A stretch of DNA of 63,274 nucleotides, the filler included, from Octopus bimaculoides (taxonomy: Eukaryota): assembly GCF_001194135.2 (NCBI RefSeq). It is 4 parts of 3 records of this genome, joined end to end, with 100 filler letters (N's around TTAATTAATTAA, not from the genome) between each part and the next. Parts side by side here need not be neighbours in the genome. Positions count along the whole stretch, not along the records: positions 60,280 to 63,274 come from NC_068981.1; 3 more parts are not named here. One strand, written 5' to 3'. The position numbers and the translations under genes are program-made. Shown in pieces: positions 60,370 through 63,274 of this stretch; positions within the stretch are counted from its first letter, which is position 1; each line of letters opens with the position of its first letter. Under the pieces are notes generated by a model that saw only the letters and a program-made list of their open reading frames with translations, did not search any database and had not been told where the DNA came from.

Positions 60370-63274
60370 ACATATATTTTTCAAGAGGAATGAAGATAAG
60401 GAACAATTCTTTACAAAAATGAAGATATTAGGATGGGCAATAATGTACAAGGGAAAGATCATAAATTTTCTTCTCTACACGCTTCTAAGTGTTCACTCAG
60501 TGGAATCTTTCGTAGTTCCTCCTGTGAGACATGTTGTCGGTGAATTCTGGCTCGTTGGCAGAAAGAATTTCTAGTTTTGCCAATGTAATTCTCCTTGGGG
60601 CAGGTTATGCAGTATGTTACGTCCCGCGTCTTGCAATTCATGTCTGCATTTACTTTGAATGTGTGACCACTCTTAAATTTTATTTGTTTGTTCCACTCTA
60701 TATATTTGTAGATGGGGTTGCTGCAGGTTCCACATCTACCATCTCTACACTCTTTTATGAAGAATTTAGTTTTATTCTCTGATGAGAATTTTGCTCTTGT
60801 TAGGTGTTTCTTTAAGTCTTTTTCTTGGCGTTTACTGTTTTTATGCAATATTTGTTTAGTTGGTTTCCCATTTTGGGACTTTGTAGAACTATTGGTAAGT
60901 TTGAATGTATAATGTGAAACATATTGGTGATTCCAGGGTTGTGTGTGTTAATGAAAGGGATGATGTTTTCTTTGTTTTTCTTTTTTGGTGTTCTGAGTTG
61001 TGTGATGTCCAGTTTCATTGCTCTTGAGATTCCGTTTTTTTATAAATTTGAGTGGGTATTTCTGTTCTAGTAGGAAGTTTTTAAGTTCATCTAGTCTTAT
61101 TTGGCGTGTTTGTGAGTCAGTCACTATGCTGCATATGCATTTTGCCATATAAATGGAATGTTGCTTTTTTTATGTGGGATGGGTGGCAGGAGTAGAAATT
61201 TAAATATTGGTGTGTCTTTTTTTTTGTAGTAGATGTCTATTGTGATGATGGAGTTGTGTATCTTGATGTTGATGTCTAGGAAGGGAAGTTCGTTATAGCT
61301 GGTATCTATCGTGAAGTGGATAGATGGGTGCAGTGTGTTGAGGATGTTCTGGAATGTTCGTAGATCTGATCTGTTCCAAAAGATGAAACAATCATCGAGG
61401 TAGTGTTTTCACTTTTTCTTGATGTCTTCTCTGAGGTTGTGTTCGAAGACGTTCCGTATAGTTTGTTCTCAAGGCAACCCATCACTAGGTTGGCATATGA
61501 AGGTGCGAATTTCGTACACATAGCCGTGCCCTTAACTATCGGTATGACTTGTTGTTAAATGAGAATGTGTTCTCTTCAAGTAGTAATTGGGTGGCTTTGG
61601 TGATAAAGTCTGTTTTGAAACGTTTATCTATGAGTTTCCTGTATTTTTCTACCCAGTGTTTTATTGCTTCTAGACCCAGGGTGTGTGGCATGTTCGTTTA
61701 TAAGTTTGTGACATCGAAGCTTGCAAGTATAGTGTTTTCCAGAACCGTATTTGGAATGTGTGTGAGGAAGTCTATGCCATCCATTATGTAGCTTGGTATC
61801 AGTGGGCATAAAAGTTTGAGGAGTACATCTATGAAGTGGCTTAGTTGCTGTGTTGGTGCTTGGGGCCCTGCAACTATTGGTCTCATTGTGAGGTCTGCGG
61901 GCCTTTGTATTCTTATATAATGGTTCCTCTGTTCATTTATGGCTCTCAGTATTTCCGAGCTTTTATGAACTTTAGGTAATCAATAAAAATTGCTTTCTTT
62001 GGTTCCTGAGTTGCATAAATAGACTTTCTCCTTGTCTGTAAAGGAGTCCTGGTATTCATTGATTAATGTTCCAATTTTTTTTATTGTTGCTTTCTCCAGT
62101 TGTGTTGATTCCTCTTTGTAGTATGTCTGGTTATTAAGTATCTCCAGTATCTTTTCTTTGTAGTAATCTGTATCCATAATTACTATTGCTCCACCTTCGT
62201 CAGCTTCTTTTAAAATGATCAACTTGTCCTTATTTAGTATTTGTAAGGTTTGTTTTTCTCCTCGGCAGCGGTTCTGTTTGCATTTATGTGTGTTGAGAGG
62301 GAATTTGGAGATTGTCTCTATGTATGCGTCTAGGTGTTTGTCACATCCCTTGTGAAGGGTGAAATGGGATTTTTTTCCTTATGATTGAGTTATCTTCTGT
62401 TTCCTTATTTTCAAAAAATTCCATAAGGCGGAGGCGGCGGCTAAACTCGTCTATATCAGTGTTTAGTACTATGAGATTTGAAGTGGGTGTGGGTGTAAAT
62501 TTGAGGCCTTTTAGTGGTAGGTTCATTTCATTTTCGCTAAGTTCTCTTTTAGATAGGTTTATTATTTTGGGGTCTATGTGTTTCATGTGTTCATTCGAAA
62601 TTTTGGTGTGTTGGGTCTGGAGTATGGTTGAAGTATCCTTTCCCTAAAAAGGGGGTTGTGTTGTTGCGTCTCCAAATTCCATTTTCAGGTTTTAGGTTTT
62701 CTTGTAGAGGTAGGGGTGGTCTATATGGCCTGTATGTGCTGGTTTGTCTGTGGTAGTTGTTTTCTTCCCATCTGGGCCTATTTCCATTCTTGGGGTTCAG
62801 GTTTCCTTGTGGGTAGTTGAATGGTTCATATTGTGTGTTTGTATTGTTTTGATAGTGGTGGTTGTTTCTATCCATCTTGCAAATTTGTGGGGTCGCATGA
62901 GATTGGTGTTTGTATGGTTTGGATTTCCTCGATTTTTATTGTAGGGTATGTGTTGATTTTTATCTACTTGTCTATTGTTCCATGTGTGTATCCATTTAGG
63001 GTGTCCAGTGTTATGTGTTGGTGGTTGTTCATATTCTGTTTGCTCTCTCCAAGTGTTATAGGTTGTTGGTTGTATGTGTTGCTTGTCTTGCATATTTTGT
63101 GTGTCTGTTTATTGGGGGGTTTGGCAGTGCAAGGAGCAGGATTTTGGTTTGTGTTTGGTAGGGTTTATGTGGATGTCTGGGGGTCCAATATGTTTGTGAT
63201 TTTGGTTTGTTGTATCTTTTCGTTTGTTTTGGTGGTATTGTTTTCATAATATATATTTTGTTTTCATATATATA
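60370..63274 (-). mobile_element. Neptune-like PLE, near full length but frameshifted
   Basis: IINLSKRELS..KGLKFTPTP..FSRRLRLMEFF; EADEGGAIVIMD; RPIVAG; ASFDVTNL; CTKFAPSYANL; Cys-rich linker CRDGRCGTC; GIY-YIG VTYCITCP..YIGKT; low-complexity N-terminus 62590-63250. Confidence 0.92.

Noticed and set aside
62821-63249. 142-aa hydrophobic plus-strand ORF
   Set aside because: Antisense shadow of the G/T-biased PLE N-terminal tract

Overview
AT-rich, microsatellite-dense animal nuclear scaffold with many N gaps. The SINE families and simple-repeat content point to an octopus/cephalopod draft assembly (inference). No host protein-coding gene can be identified with confidence. Most predicted ORFs are microsatellite, N-gap or decayed-transposon artefacts. 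The window is a layered transposable-element (TE) graveyard. It holds four Penelope-like element (PLE) remnants (two Naiad-like, one Neptune-like, one Penelope/Poseidon-like), LINE remnants (RTE x2, R4/Dong x2, Tx1/L1, CR1/L2-group, HERO-like), Tc1/mariner, hAT and MULE transposase remnants, about 20 tRNA-derived SINE copies and several MITE/foldback families. The most notable signals are: (1) a hammerhead ribozyme at 52826-52873 (-) with a complete catalytic core and a palindromic helix III, plus decayed hammerhead cores beside PLEs; (2) an ~800-bp foldback family with 8-bp target-site duplications (TSDs) carrying TTAGGG/CCCTAA telomere-like arrays, with one copy nested in another; (3) long inverted repeats bracketing a MULE transposase and a hAT transposase; (4) Naiad-like PLEs with in-frame TGA codons; (5) a CpG-depleted block at ~36-50 kb next to a CpG-rich zone at ~50.5-53.3 kb, suggesting a hidden methylated host gene body and its promoter. 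All family assignments come from motif recognition by eye, not database searches. Coordinates without TSD or terminal inverted repeat (TIR) support are approximate.
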